Of a DNA stretch of 42,898 bases, positions 7,565 through 15,663 are shown piece by piece. Made by a program: the position numbers and the translations under genes. Origin of the DNA: Betaproteobacteria bacterium (GTDB taxonomy: Bacteria > Pseudomonadota > Gammaproteobacteria > Burkholderiales > SG8-41); the NCBI GenBank assembly GCA_016199485.1, contig JACQGO010000135.1, forward strand, positions 1 through 42,898, written 5' to 3'. Every line of letters begins with the position of its first letter. The stretch's first letter is position 1. The notes under the pieces are model-generated. The model was given only the letters and a program-made list of their open reading frames with translations. It had not been told where the DNA came from and searched no databases.

Positions 7565-7886
7565 CGTCCGCGACTCCGTACATGCCGACGCCGAAGCGCC
7601 GGATGGCTCCCTTGTGGAACAGCGCCTCTAGTGCGCTGCGCACCCTGCGGCCCTCCATCCCCAGCGCACGTGCGATCACGTATGTATGCGCAGGCTCACG
7701 CCCGATCAGCCAGTGCAGCACCCGATCCTGGTAGGTGCCGGCGTACACCGCATCGTGCAGGGTCGAGGCATCCCTCGCCGACCATCCGATGGGGTTCACA
7801 ACCGGCCGCTGCGGCAGCATACGAGCCGCATCACGGCGCCTGAGCGGGGGAAACGGCCGCCGCGCGAACTGCGCGCTGTAGTTCAT
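7551..7886 (-). CDS. Winged-helix DNA-binding protein
   Basis: QDRVLHWL....TYVIARALGMEGRRVRSALEAL..KG.I; GGAGG RBS. Confidence 0.65.
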   Translation of the reverse strand: MNYSAQFARRPFPPLRRRDAARMLPQRPVVNPIGWSARDASTLHDAVYAGTYQDRVLHWLIGREPAHTYVIARALGMEGRRVRSALEALFHKGAIRRFGVGMYGVADDESR

Positions 7887-8701
7887 GCGTTCCTCCTCCA
7901 GTTGCGCATGCCCGTGAAGTCGAGCACAAGCGAGGCATCGTGCCGCACCAGGCGGGAGAGCGCCGGCTCCGGGTACAGCTCGGCCAGGCGCGCCGGCGAG
8001 AGGTTGGTGGTGATCCAGGTGTGCCGGCCGGCCCGGTCGCGCGTGCTCAGGATCTCCGCAAACACCCGGCACTCGAAGTCGCTCACTCTTCCGAGGCCGG
8101 GATGGCCGCCCCCCAGCTCGTCCAGCAGCAGCACCGCGGGGGCCGTGAACCGATCGAGCACGCGGCGCTCGGTGAGGCCGCTGTCGTCGAGCTCCGGCGG
8201 GGTGAACAGCCCCTTGGCCCGCGACCAGGCGAACGCCATCACCCGCTCCGGCTTCCGGTGCAGGGTGCGCAGGGCCAGCAGGGCCAGCTCCGTCTTGCCC
8301 GTGCCGGTAGGCCCCCAGAGGAGCGCGTTGCGCGGGCCTGGGCCTGACTCCAGCACGGAAAGCATCTTCCGCTGCGGCGCGGACAGGGCCTCCCGCGCCC
8401 GGGCCCGCGGCTCCCCGTTCTGCCGCAGCAGGCATCCCTCGACCAGCAACGCGCGCCACCGGCCCGGCTCGAGATCCGGGTCGTCCCGGACGATGCGGGC
8501 CACGTCTCGCCCCTGGTCGTCGCGACTCATCACGAACCGCACGACGCCGTCGCTCGCCGTAATGGAGCCGGCCAGGGTTGGCTGGGCGGCCGGGGCGATC
8601 GGGGCTGCCTCAGCGCCGGTGCCGAACCGGGCGGCGGTCTCGCAACCGTTGCACGGGCAGTCCGGTCCGTGGGGGACGGGGTTGGGCGATTGTTCGCTCA
8701 T
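7883..8701 (-). CDS. DnaC/IstB-like AAA+ helicase loader
   Basis: Walker A GPTGTGKT, Walker B LLLDELG, ITTNL, SRL; follows the initiator gene. Confidence 0.88.
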   Translation of the reverse strand: MSEQSPNPVPHGPDCPCNGCETAARFGTGAEAAPIAPAAQPTLAGSITASDGVVRFVMSRDDQGRDVARIVRDDPDLEPGRWRALLVEGCLLRQNGEPRARAREALSAPQRKMLSVLESGPGPRNALLWGPTGTGKTELALLALRTLHRKPERVMAFAWSRAKGLFTPPELDDSGLTERRVLDRFTAPAVLLLDELGGGHPGLGRVSDFECRVFAEILSTRDRAGRHTWITTNLSPARLAELYPEPALSRLVRHDASLVLDFTGMRNWRRNA

Positions 8702-8871
8702 GGCTCCCCGATCCGTTCCACACCGAAATCGCAGCCATCGTCCGGGGCCGTACTCGGCCGGATGTTGGTCAGTTCGCCGTCGACGATCATCACCGCAGGC
8801 GGGCTCATGCGGCACTCGCCGGTTTTGTCATCCAGCCGTTTCCAGCAGCGGCAGTCCTTGCACGCGATCAT
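8698..8871 (-). CDS. Small Cys-rich protein
   Basis: CKDC.CW....GEC...PP......T...DGC; ATGA overlaps on both sides. Confidence 0.65.
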   Translation of the reverse strand: MIACKDCRCWKRLDDKTGECRMSPPAVMIVDGELTNIRPSTAPDDGCDFGVERIGEP

Positions 8872-9737
8872 GGGAGATCCTCTCCGCGGATGGTCGGCAC
8901 GCCGTCGAACACGGTACTGCGGGGCGGCGTGGCAGCACCGGCGGGGCGTCCGTTCCCGGGCGGTGCGCGCTTGCCGAAGTCGGTGGTCCAGTTCGTGATC
9001 CAGTTGCGCCAACCGGCCTCCCAATCGGCCAGCAGCGTGCCTCGGCTGCGGTGGTAGTCGAGCATCGCCTCGGTCTGCGCCTCCAGCGCCGGCTCGCAGG
9101 CGGTGCCGTACTTCCGCCGGAACCACGCCCGCATGCCCTCGCTGATCAGCAGCGCATCCGGTGCACCCGTGCGTGGCCGTGCCCGTCGGCGCTTCGGCGG
9201 CAGGGCATCCGTCTGTTCGCCCCCCTGCAAGGGGGGTAAGGGGGGTCCCTGTTCCGAAGGAACAGATCTAACAGCTAATGCTGATGTGGCAGGGTCTGAG
9301 CACATGCTCGGGCTCTGCTCGGGCTCTGCTCGGGCTCTGCTTGTGGTCTGCTCAACCACTTGCTCGGGCTCTGCTTGAGGTTGTGCCTGGCGCTTGCCCG
9401 GAGCATGCTTGGCCTGTGCCGCACGCTGCGCCTTGAGGTAGCGCGCCTCCGCATCACCGAGATCCTGGTCGAGCCGCGCGTGCCGCAACTTCGCCGCCTC
9501 GATCCGGAACAGGGCGAGCACGGGCTCCTTCATGCGTCGCCAGTCGCCGATGTGCATCATGACGATCCGCGCAAGCACGATGTCCTCGTTCGGCGGCGGG
9601 CCGTTGCACCAATAGTCGTCGCACAGTCGCTCGTAGGCCCCGCGCTGCGCCGCCGTGAGCCGTGAGGTTTCGATCATCGTCGCCGCCACGAACACGCGCC
9701 GCCATTTCCGCCAGGGGTCAGTCATGGCAAACCACAT
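8868..9737 (-). CDS. Phage replication initiator (DUF1376/YdaU-like)
   Basis: T..LT....GAY..L...YW..GP.P.....LARI N-terminus; DWEAGWRNW C-terminus; internal iterons. Confidence 0.85.
   Translation of the reverse strand: MWFAMTDPWRKWRRVFVAATMIETSRLTAAQRGAYERLCDDYWCNGPPPNEDIVLARIVMMHIGDWRRMKEPVLALFRIEAAKLRHARLDQDLGDAEARYLKAQRAAQAKHAPGKRQAQPQAEPEQVVEQTTSRARAEPEQSPSMCSDPATSALAVRSVPSEQGPPLPPLQGGEQTDALPPKRRRARPRTGAPDALLISEGMRAWFRRKYGTACEPALEAQTEAMLDYHRSRGTLLADWEAGWRNWITNWTTDFGKRAPPGNGRPAGAATPPRSTVFDGVPTIRGEDLP
9305..9371 (+). repeat. Iterons / probable replication origin inside the initiator gene
   Basis: TGCTCGGGCTC three times in tandem (9305-9337) plus a copy at 9361-9371, as in lambda O. Confidence 0.75.
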
Positions 9738-9779
9738 CCTCCTGAGTCAGGCGGTCAGAAGGCCTCATCGGCTGCCTTC

Positions 9780-10025
9780 TTAGTTGAAGCCCGCTACGTA
9801 ATAGATCAACTTCCACCGCCAGAACGATTCGTAATCTTTGCGCCACACATGCCGTCCATGGCGCGAGCACGGCCAGCCAGAGCCTCTAAGGCCCGACAGA
9901 TATGTTTTTTCACACACGCATGGCCGGTAAAGTCGCGTGAATATCCAGGTAATCGCGAATGCGACGCCGTAGAAACATAGCCACATGAAAAAAATTACAA
10001 ATAACGCCACACCCATCGCTTCCAT
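9780..10025 (-). CDS. Small membrane protein (lower GC)
   Basis: N-terminal TM helix; CVC...C..HG. Confidence 0.55.
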   Translation of the reverse strand: MEAMGVALFVIFFMWLCFYGVAFAITWIFTRLYRPCVCEKTYLSGLRGSGWPCSRHGRHVWRKDYESFWRWKLIYYVAGFN

Positions 10026-10229
10026 CTATTCGCCCCGCGTTGATGGTTCTTTGGCATCCGCGGTCTTCTGCACAGCGCGCACCTGCCGGTCGATCCGGAT
10101 CAGCACCTCGATCTGCCGCGCCAGCCCGAAGGCCACGCTGTCCGGCTCCTCCATCGGCAGCGGCCGGCAGCGCATTTCCGCCGCGTACCCGTCACCCAGG
10201 CGGTCCTCGATCACGAACACGATGCGCAT
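10026..10229 (-). CDS. Hypothetical protein
   Basis: ORF with GGAG RBS, packed in the operon. Confidence 0.55.
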   Translation of the reverse strand: MRIVFVIEDRLGDGYAAEMRCRPLPMEEPDSVAFGLARQIEVLIRIDRQVRAVQKTADAKEPSTRGE

Positions 10230-10240
10230 GTCCCGCTCCG

Positions 10241-11146
10241 TCAGGCCGTGGGCTGCTGGTGTCCTTCCGCCGGCGCGGCGCTATCGGATGCCGGCGCGGC
10301 GGCCTTCGAGATCTCCGCCTCGATGTAGGCCGCGATCCGCGCAAAGTCGTCATAGGTGGCCTTCTCCCGCACCTTCGGCTTGACTTTGGCCCACCACGTG
10401 CGGAGGGCGCCGGCATTCGATAGCGCAGGATTGCCGACCTGCTCCTCGACCCACGCCCGGATCAAACTCTTCCCGGTGCGCAGCCAGGCGATGATCTGCT
10501 TGCCTGTCTCCTCGGTCGGGGCGAACGGGATGGTGGGCGAGAAGAGCCCTGTGCGATCCTTGCTCGCAAGCGCCTGGTGCTTGATGTCGAGGTCGAGCAC
10601 CAGATCGAACTCGTAGTCCATGCCTTCGCGCTGGATCGGGGCCATGCCGACCTTGCGGGGCACCTGCTTGCCGCGCTTGTCCTCCTCCAGCACATACGCC
10701 ACCTTGCTGCGCATGGTGGCGATCAGGTGGATGCGGGGCCGGAGGATGGCGGCGCGGAACCGCTCATGCTCTGGAGTGAGCTGCCCCCAATTCGTGAAGC
10801 TGTTCCCTCCCCGGGCGTCGAGTTTTTCCTTGCGGTCTAGAATGCCGCCCTCGCCCGACCACTGGTGCGAGGCGGAATCGACGATCATGCCCATGTAGCC
10901 GCCGTCGCTGGCGGCCTTCATGGCCTCGATGTACTTGTCGACCGTGTAAGGTGGATCGAGCTGGCAGACATCAAACGTGAAGCGGTCTGCGTAGAGCGCC
11001 GCCGAGCCATTCTCGGTATCGATCAGCGCCCACTTCCCGCCAAGGCCCTTGGCGAGCACCAGTGCCGTCCAGGTCTTGCCGCTCCCGCTCGGGCCCGTCA
11101 GGGCGGCCCGCAAACGCGTCTCGACCCGTTCCGCCGGTCTGAACAT
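10241..11146 (-). CDS. AAA_24-family (Sak4-like) recombination ATPase
   Basis: GPSGSGKT, LIDTE.GSA..YA, IVDS.SH.W...GG, HLIATMRSK, YEFD, KDRT. Confidence 0.88.
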   Translation of the reverse strand: MFRPAERVETRLRAALTGPSGSGKTWTALVLAKGLGGKWALIDTENGSAALYADRFTFDVCQLDPPYTVDKYIEAMKAASDGGYMGMIVDSASHQWSGEGGILDRKEKLDARGGNSFTNWGQLTPEHERFRAAILRPRIHLIATMRSKVAYVLEEDKRGKQVPRKVGMAPIQREGMDYEFDLVLDLDIKHQALASKDRTGLFSPTIPFAPTEETGKQIIAWLRTGKSLIRAWVEEQVGNPALSNAGALRTWWAKVKPKVREKATYDDFARIAAYIEAEISKAAAPASDSAAPAEGHQQPTA

Positions 11147-11165
11147 TTCATCTCTCCGATGGATA

Positions 11166-11358
11166 GAGGCCATGGCCGGGCTTGAGTACCGGCTCCTTTT
11201 CGGATGCCAAGGCAGCCTTATGCGCAAGCATCTTCGGGCCTGGCGTTGTGCATAGGTGCTTCCGGTTGTCTGCCCGTCGCCGTAGCTTGGGTTCGACTTT
11301 CCGCACCAGTTGCTATCAGTGCAACGCGAGGGCGTGTCCATCCACGCCGCATGGCCTC
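11166..11358 (-). ncRNA. tRNA-like structured RNA with expanded central domain
   Basis: GAGGCCAUG/CAUGGCCUC terminal stem stacked on a GCCGG-UACUCAAGC-CCGGC T-like arm; GCGUG-GAUGGA-CACGC D-like arm; intergenic. Confidence 0.6.
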
Positions 11359-11443
11359 CGGAACCGGCCGGATGCTCGTAGGGTGGAGTCCCCTGGCAGG
11401 CGTTGCCGCTCTGCCCAGCCGGCCGGCACCGCAGGCTGCGCGG

Positions 11444-11794
11444 TCAATCCCTCCGCTCGCCCGTGGGGGTGTAGTGCCGGGCATGCGAGGCGAGCGCCTC
11501 CATCGCGCATTCGAGCGCGTGGTGCTCCGCCAGCAGGCGCTCGACCCGCCGGGCCACCACAGCCACCAGCGCGGCCTGCTGTGCGCGGGCCGCTGCCGGG
11601 GACAGGGCGCACTCGCGGGGGAAGGCGCCCACCGCCAGTTCAGCCCCCGCTCGGGCGATGTCCTTGCACTGCTCGATCAGGTCGTCCGCTTGCCGGTCCA
11701 CCCGCGGCCCGGGGCCGAACGCGACGCGGCCCACCCGGGGCTTCTCGGTCAGCACGGCGATACCGCCCACTGCTCCATCAGGGAAGTTCGTCAT
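11444..11794 (-). CDS. Hypothetical protein
   Basis: ATGA overlap with the upstream ORF; phage-like codon usage. Confidence 0.6.
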   Translation of the reverse strand: MTNFPDGAVGGIAVLTEKPRVGRVAFGPGPRVDRQADDLIEQCKDIARAGAELAVGAFPRECALSPAAARAQQAALVAVVARRVERLLAEHHALECAMEALASHARHYTPTGERRD

Positions 11795-12030
11795 CGGCTT
11801 GCCCTCAGCTTGCGGTTCAGGTCTTCCCCCATCCGCGCGCGGCGCACCCGCACCGCACGGTGCCAGGCCATTCCCCCGGCCTCGTGCTCGAGGGCTGGCA
11901 GGCGCCCCAGCACCTCGCGCAGCAGCCCTTCGATCCGGGCGCCCTGCTCGTACGAGGCCGCGATCTGCCGGCGCAGATCGTCGTGCGCATCGCCGGCGGT
12001 CGGTTTCGGATCAGGGTGTGGCCCGGCCAT
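11791..12030 (-). CDS. Hypothetical protein
   Basis: GAGG RBS; helical. Confidence 0.6.
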   Translation of the reverse strand: MAGPHPDPKPTAGDAHDDLRRQIAASYEQGARIEGLLREVLGRLPALEHEAGGMAWHRAVRVRRARMGEDLNRKLRASR

Positions 12031-12166
12031 GCCTACCTCGCTTGGGATAGCGCCCCAGCCCCATGCAAGAGCCGGGGCGCCGCACTATGACACGCAACGC
12101 GCCCGTCGCCGGGCAGCAGGTACGGCTCCGCGGGATCGGATCGTGAAGGAGTACACGGTCCGCGCA

Positions 12167-12415
12167 TCATGGCCGCCCTTCCGCTGTGCCCGCCGATATT
12201 GGCCCCTCGGCGGTACGGGTGGACTTCTCGTGCTGCCGACGCGCATTCTCGCGCAGCATCCGGCCGAACAGCGCACGCCCGCGGGCCACCTGCCCGGGCA
12301 GGGCCGCCCGCGGCCGCTGCGCCAGCGTGCGCACGCTGGCATAGCGCTGCTGCGGCGTCTCGCCGCTGGTGAGGCGCAGGCGCTCCGCCTGCCGGGCCCG
12401 CGAGGCGGCGCTCAT
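12167..12415 (-). CDS. Hypothetical basic protein
   Basis: ATGA overlap with the upstream ORF. Confidence 0.45.
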   Translation of the reverse strand: MSAASRARQAERLRLTSGETPQQRYASVRTLAQRPRAALPGQVARGRALFGRMLRENARRQHEKSTRTAEGPISAGTAEGRP

Positions 12416-12756
12416 GCGCGTTCCCCATTGAGCCGGCGTGCCTCTGCCAATTCCTCCGCCCGCCGGGCCAGGAGTCGGGCCAGCGGAGGCACGATCGTGA
12501 CTTCGGCTCCCCGCAGAACGAGCGTGCCGGCCTCGACTTCAAATCGGTCATCGAATCGCGCGACCCGCCTGCAGCCGTTGAGGATTTCAACCCTCAATGG
12601 AACCTCGTAGCGCTCGAGTTTGACTCTCGACGCCTCGCCGACACAGCCCGACACCATGAATGCGAAGACGGAATCGCTGAAATCTATGCCGTCGATGATG
12701 ACGGAGCCGAAGCCCATGCTGTTCAAGTGGATCGTGACGTCATGCTTTCCGCTCAC
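12412..12756 (-). CDS. Hypothetical protein
   Basis: GTG start overlapping the CII-like stop; GFGSVIIDGIDFS beta-rich segment. Confidence 0.6.
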   Translation of the reverse strand: MSGKHDVTIHLNSMGFGSVIIDGIDFSDSVFAFMVSGCVGEASRVKLERYEVPLRVEILNGCRRVARFDDRFEVEAGTLVLRGAEVTIVPPLARLLARRAEELAEARRLNGERA

Positions 12757-13259
12757 GCTCCCCTCCGCCGCTGGTCGAGCCGCACCACACCCGCCCCGGC
12801 CGCCTGCTCGGCGCCGGCCAGCAGCCGGTGCACGTCCTCCAGCAGGGCGTAGGCCGCATCGCCGATGCGCCGGAGTTCCGGCCCGCTGATCGCCGCCCCC
12901 GCATCTCCCCCGGGCGCCAGCGCCGTGCGCAGCTCGCCCGAGACGCGCCCCAGGTCCTCGGCCAGCCGCAGCCCCACGTCGCGCAGCTCGCCCGCCGCCG
13001 GCCGCGCGCGCCATGCCGCGACCGCCACGTGGCCGTAGCGCCGGCAGAGCCAGTCCAGCACCGGGCCTGCCCCACCGGCGAGGTCGAGCACGTCCAGCGC
13101 CCGCTCGATGCCGAGCTTGTGCGCCTCGGCGTGCGGGTTGAGCTCGTTCATGAGCGTCGAGTACGGGATGCCCAGGTCGGCCGCGACGGCCTTCGGGCCG
13201 TGGTCGCGCATCGTCAAACGGATCAGGTCGTACAGCTCCTCCTTCTCGCCGGGTCGCAT
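12753..13259 (-). CDS. Phage regulatory protein CII (CP76-like)
   Basis: KAVAADLG.PYSTL.NELNP.....KL; L.WLC...G.VAV; DG.IS..E-like helix. Confidence 0.78.
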   Translation of the reverse strand: MRPGEKEELYDLIRLTMRDHGPKAVAADLGIPYSTLMNELNPHAEAHKLGIERALDVLDLAGGAGPVLDWLCRRYGHVAVAAWRARPAAGELRDVGLRLAEDLGRVSGELRTALAPGGDAGAAISGPELRRIGDAAYALLEDVHRLLAGAEQAAGAGVVRLDQRRRGA

Positions 13260-13427
13260 CGGTCGGTAATCTCCGGTTGATCGCACCGTTGTAATCAGCC
13301 CGCGGGGCGGGCACGCTGGGGGTGTCCGTTACCCCGGCCCCGCCCCGCCGGCCTTGGCCGTCCGTGGCGTCCCTCCGTGGAGGACTGCGGCGCCATCCCT
13401 GGCCCGGCGGCCGTCCTGGCCGCCCTC

Positions 13428-13532
13428 TCACTCTCCTTCGTCCAACATCACCGCGAAGTTCCAGCCGATCCAGACCAGGATGGCCAGAGCCACGCCGAGA
13501 AGCCCCGCAACCGCACCGATCAGCCAAGCCAT
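13428..13532 (-). CDS. Small single-TM protein (34 aa)
   Basis: Read manually: MAWLIGAVAGLLGVALAILVWIGWNF; GAGGAG RBS. Confidence 0.5.
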   Translation of the reverse strand: MAWLIGAVAGLLGVALAILVWIGWNFAVMLDEGE

Positions 13533-13542
13533 GCGCTCCTCC

Positions 13543-13857
13543 TCAGTTCATTCCGGGCGGCGGGGACGCCCCGACCAGCAGCCCGGCCGCGCGCAGGTTC
13601 GCCAGCAGCATCGCCTGGGCATGCACCTGCGCCTGCAGCTCGGCCGGCGAGCCGCCGGGCGCGGTGGTATCGCGCAGCATGGCCATCCCCGCCGGCGTGA
13701 ACGCGCGGAAGAACGGCAGGTAGGCGACGACCCAGACTGTCTCCGGCGTGAAGAACTCCGGCTTCACACAGACGCTGGCGAGGATCGGGCCATCTCCGGC
13801 CGCCTCGTTCCGCGCCCGCCCGAGCCACAGCCTCCGCCAGAAGGGACGCATCTCCAT
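13543..13857 (-). CDS. Hypothetical protein
   Basis: ORF with GGAG near the start. Confidence 0.55.
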   Translation of the reverse strand: MEMRPFWRRLWLGRARNEAAGDGPILASVCVKPEFFTPETVWVVAYLPFFRAFTPAGMAMLRDTTAPGGSPAELQAQVHAQAMLLANLRAAGLLVGASPPPGMN

Positions 13858-13936
13858 CTCCGATGGAAGGGCGCCGGGCCGCCCGAGAGAGGGCATCCGC
13901 CGGCCGATCCCGGCGGACGCACGGCCCGGCGCCTGC

Positions 13937-14194
13937 TCACGCCGCCGGGGGCGACTCGGGGTCGGGCGCCTCGATCGCGCGCACCTCGAGACCACGCACC
14001 AGCGGCTTGCGGCGCCGCATCGACTCCAGCCCGGCCACGACCAGCGCCTCCAGCGCGTTGCTCCAGGAGCCGCGCATGTCGTCCACGCCGAACCGGTCGA
14101 CCGCCTCCACCACGTCCCTGCGCAGCCGGGCGGTCTTGCTGACGCGGATATCCGAGTTCATCTCCTCGCGGGTTGCGTCCTGCAGCGCCGTCAT
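13937..14194 (-). CDS. Ribbon-helix-helix (Arc-like) regulator in the cro position
   Basis: VSKTARL.RDVVEAV.......GSWSNALEALVVAGL; first gene after the leftward promoter; GGAGG RBS. Confidence 0.6.
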   Translation of the reverse strand: MTALQDATREEMNSDIRVSKTARLRRDVVEAVDRFGVDDMRGSWSNALEALVVAGLESMRRRKPLVRGLEVRAIEAPDPESPPAA

Positions 14195-14216
14195 CGTGCC
14201 CTCCGATCTCGCGTGT

Positions 14217-14271
14217 GGTAAGGTGTCGCCTCAGGTAAGACGATGGTAAGCGGCTATGATCGTTCTGTCAA
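14217..14271 (-). promoter_or_regulatory. Sigma-70 leftward early promoter with three CTTACC boxes
   Basis: TTGACA(14271-14266)-N17-TACCAT(14248-14243); GGTAAG on + at 14217, 14234 and 14245. Confidence 0.75.
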
Positions 14272-14874
14272 GTGGAAAATGACGTGGCTGCGGGCTCCGC
14301 CGGCGCGCGTCCCTGGGCGCGGCTCCACCTGCGCGCCGCCATGGTGCTGCTCGGCACCGGCCTCCGCGCCGAGGAGCTGCTGCACCTGCCCTGGCGCCAC
14401 GTCGACCTGGCCGGCGGGGCCGTCCACATCCGCGCCCACGGCGGTTGGGCGCCCAAGGAGCGCCGCGAGAAGACCATCCCCTTGCCGGCCGGGCTGCTCG
14501 AGTACCTGCGCGCCGAGCGCGCCGCCCGGCCCGGCGAGACGTGGCTGCTCGACGACGGCCACGGGGGCCGCGCCTACCCGCGCCGGAACACGCTCACCGC
14601 CGCGTTCGCCCGCCACCTGGCGGCCATCGGCGCCCCGCCCGGCGTCAAGCCCCTGCACGGCTTCCGCGCCCTCTACGCCAGCACCCTCCACCAGGCCGGC
14701 GTCGACGTCGCCACCATCCAGCAGCTGATGGGCCACCGCCAGATCGCCGTCACCCAGGGCTACCTCGCCGATCCCTCCGCCCGCGCCCGCGACGCCGTCG
14801 CGCGCCTCACCCTGCCCGCCCCTGCTGGCAACACGCTTGGCAACGCACCTGCGCGGAAGATCGCACCACGCTGA
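14272..14874 (+). CDS. Tyrosine recombinase, catalytic domain only
   Basis: TGLR.EEL, PK, HGFR, LMGH, TQGY: full R-K-H-R-H-Y set; no N-terminal core- or arm-binding domains. Confidence 0.85.
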   Translation: MENDVAAGSAGARPWARLHLRAAMVLLGTGLRAEELLHLPWRHVDLAGGAVHIRAHGGWAPKERREKTIPLPAGLLEYLRAERAARPGETWLLDDGHGGRAYPRRNTLTAAFARHLAAIGAPPGVKPLHGFRALYASTLHQAGVDVATIQQLMGHRQIAVTQGYLADPSARARDAVARLTLPAPAGNTLGNAPARKIAPR

Positions 14875-15026
14875 TACGACATACAATCCCGCGCACGCCG
14901 ATGTGGACGATGAGGATAGACACTCCACGCAGCGGATCGCGCGTAAGGCCTACTCCGCGTGTAATGTCCGTCCGCGCCTCCGTCGCAATCTCGACTGGCA
15001 ACAACTGGCAACGATGTGGCGTTGCC
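14826..15026 (+). repeat. Paired TGGCAAC direct repeats (attP arm-like)
   Basis: TGGCAAC at 14826, 14838, 14996 and 15006; inverted GTTGCC at 15021; next to the recombinase 3' end. Confidence 0.5.
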
Positions 15027-15196
15027 GCCACACATGGCCTATCTGTCTAAGTCACTGATAAGATTGACGGTGTGGTGTATGCGCCACACGACGGCATGCA
15101 GAGTGTGTGTCAATTTTGCAAAGTAGGCCTCAAACCGAAACTTAACACATTGTAACGACAGATGATTTCCTGGGATACATTGGCACGCATACTGCA
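15015..15196 (+). promoter_or_regulatory. Sigma-54 (-24/-12) promoter with upstream IHF site and two palindromic boxes
   Basis: TGGCACG-N4-CTGCA at 15181-15196; IHF consensus TATCAGTGACTTA on - at 15048-15060; TGTGGYGT-N4-GCCACAC at 15015 and 15071. Confidence 0.65.
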
Positions 15197-15264
15197 TAGA
15201 TATAGGCAGATACGAGGCAGCAGCGCCCCGGCCGCCCGCCGGGATCACGAACAGGGAGAGCGCC

Positions 15265-15621
15265 GTGATCGAGTACACAATACCCGCCGATTGCAGCAAT
15301 GCAGCCCTAGTGGGGCGGACAGTGCACATCTACAGCCGCGCACGGCACCCACAGCACGGCGACGTGCTCTTCGCCCTCCTCGGCGAGTCGCAGCAGGTAA
15401 TCCTCCGTGCGGCGGCGAATCCCGAGGCGGTCAGGGTGTACGAGGCCGGCATTGCCGCGATACGAGCCGCAAGGCGGGCGGAAATGTTGGCCGAGACACG
15501 GGCCGCCGATGCGTGGGATCGCGTCTACAATGAGGGTGGCGACGGCTACAATCTGTACCGCAGCCCGCGCGACCAGCGAGACAACACCCCCTGGCATAAG
15601 GGCGACGACCAGATGGAGTAG
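15265..15621 (+). CDS. Hypothetical protein with NEGG.GYN motif
   Basis: WDRVYNEGGDGYNLY; GGGAG RBS. Confidence 0.7.
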   Translation: MIEYTIPADCSNAALVGRTVHIYSRARHPQHGDVLFALLGESQQVILRAAANPEAVRVYEAGIAAIRAARRAEMLAETRAADAWDRVYNEGGDGYNLYRSPRDQRDNTPWHKGDDQME

Positions 15622-15663
15622 GCGCCCCGGCGCAACCGGGATCACGTGCAACACGAGGACACC

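Noticed and set aside
11166-11358. Canonical tRNA or tmRNA
   Set aside because: The T loop lacks TTCRA, the central region is too long for a tRNA, and the whole is too short for a tmRNA with no evident tag ORF. Kept as tRNA-like only.
14272-14874. Invertase-controlled shufflon or tail-fibre switch
   Set aside because: No inverted repeats flanking alternative tail cassettes were seen by eye.
14875-14995. tRNA-derived attP core or dif site
   Set aside because: No tRNA 3'-end motif and no XerD-arm match visible.
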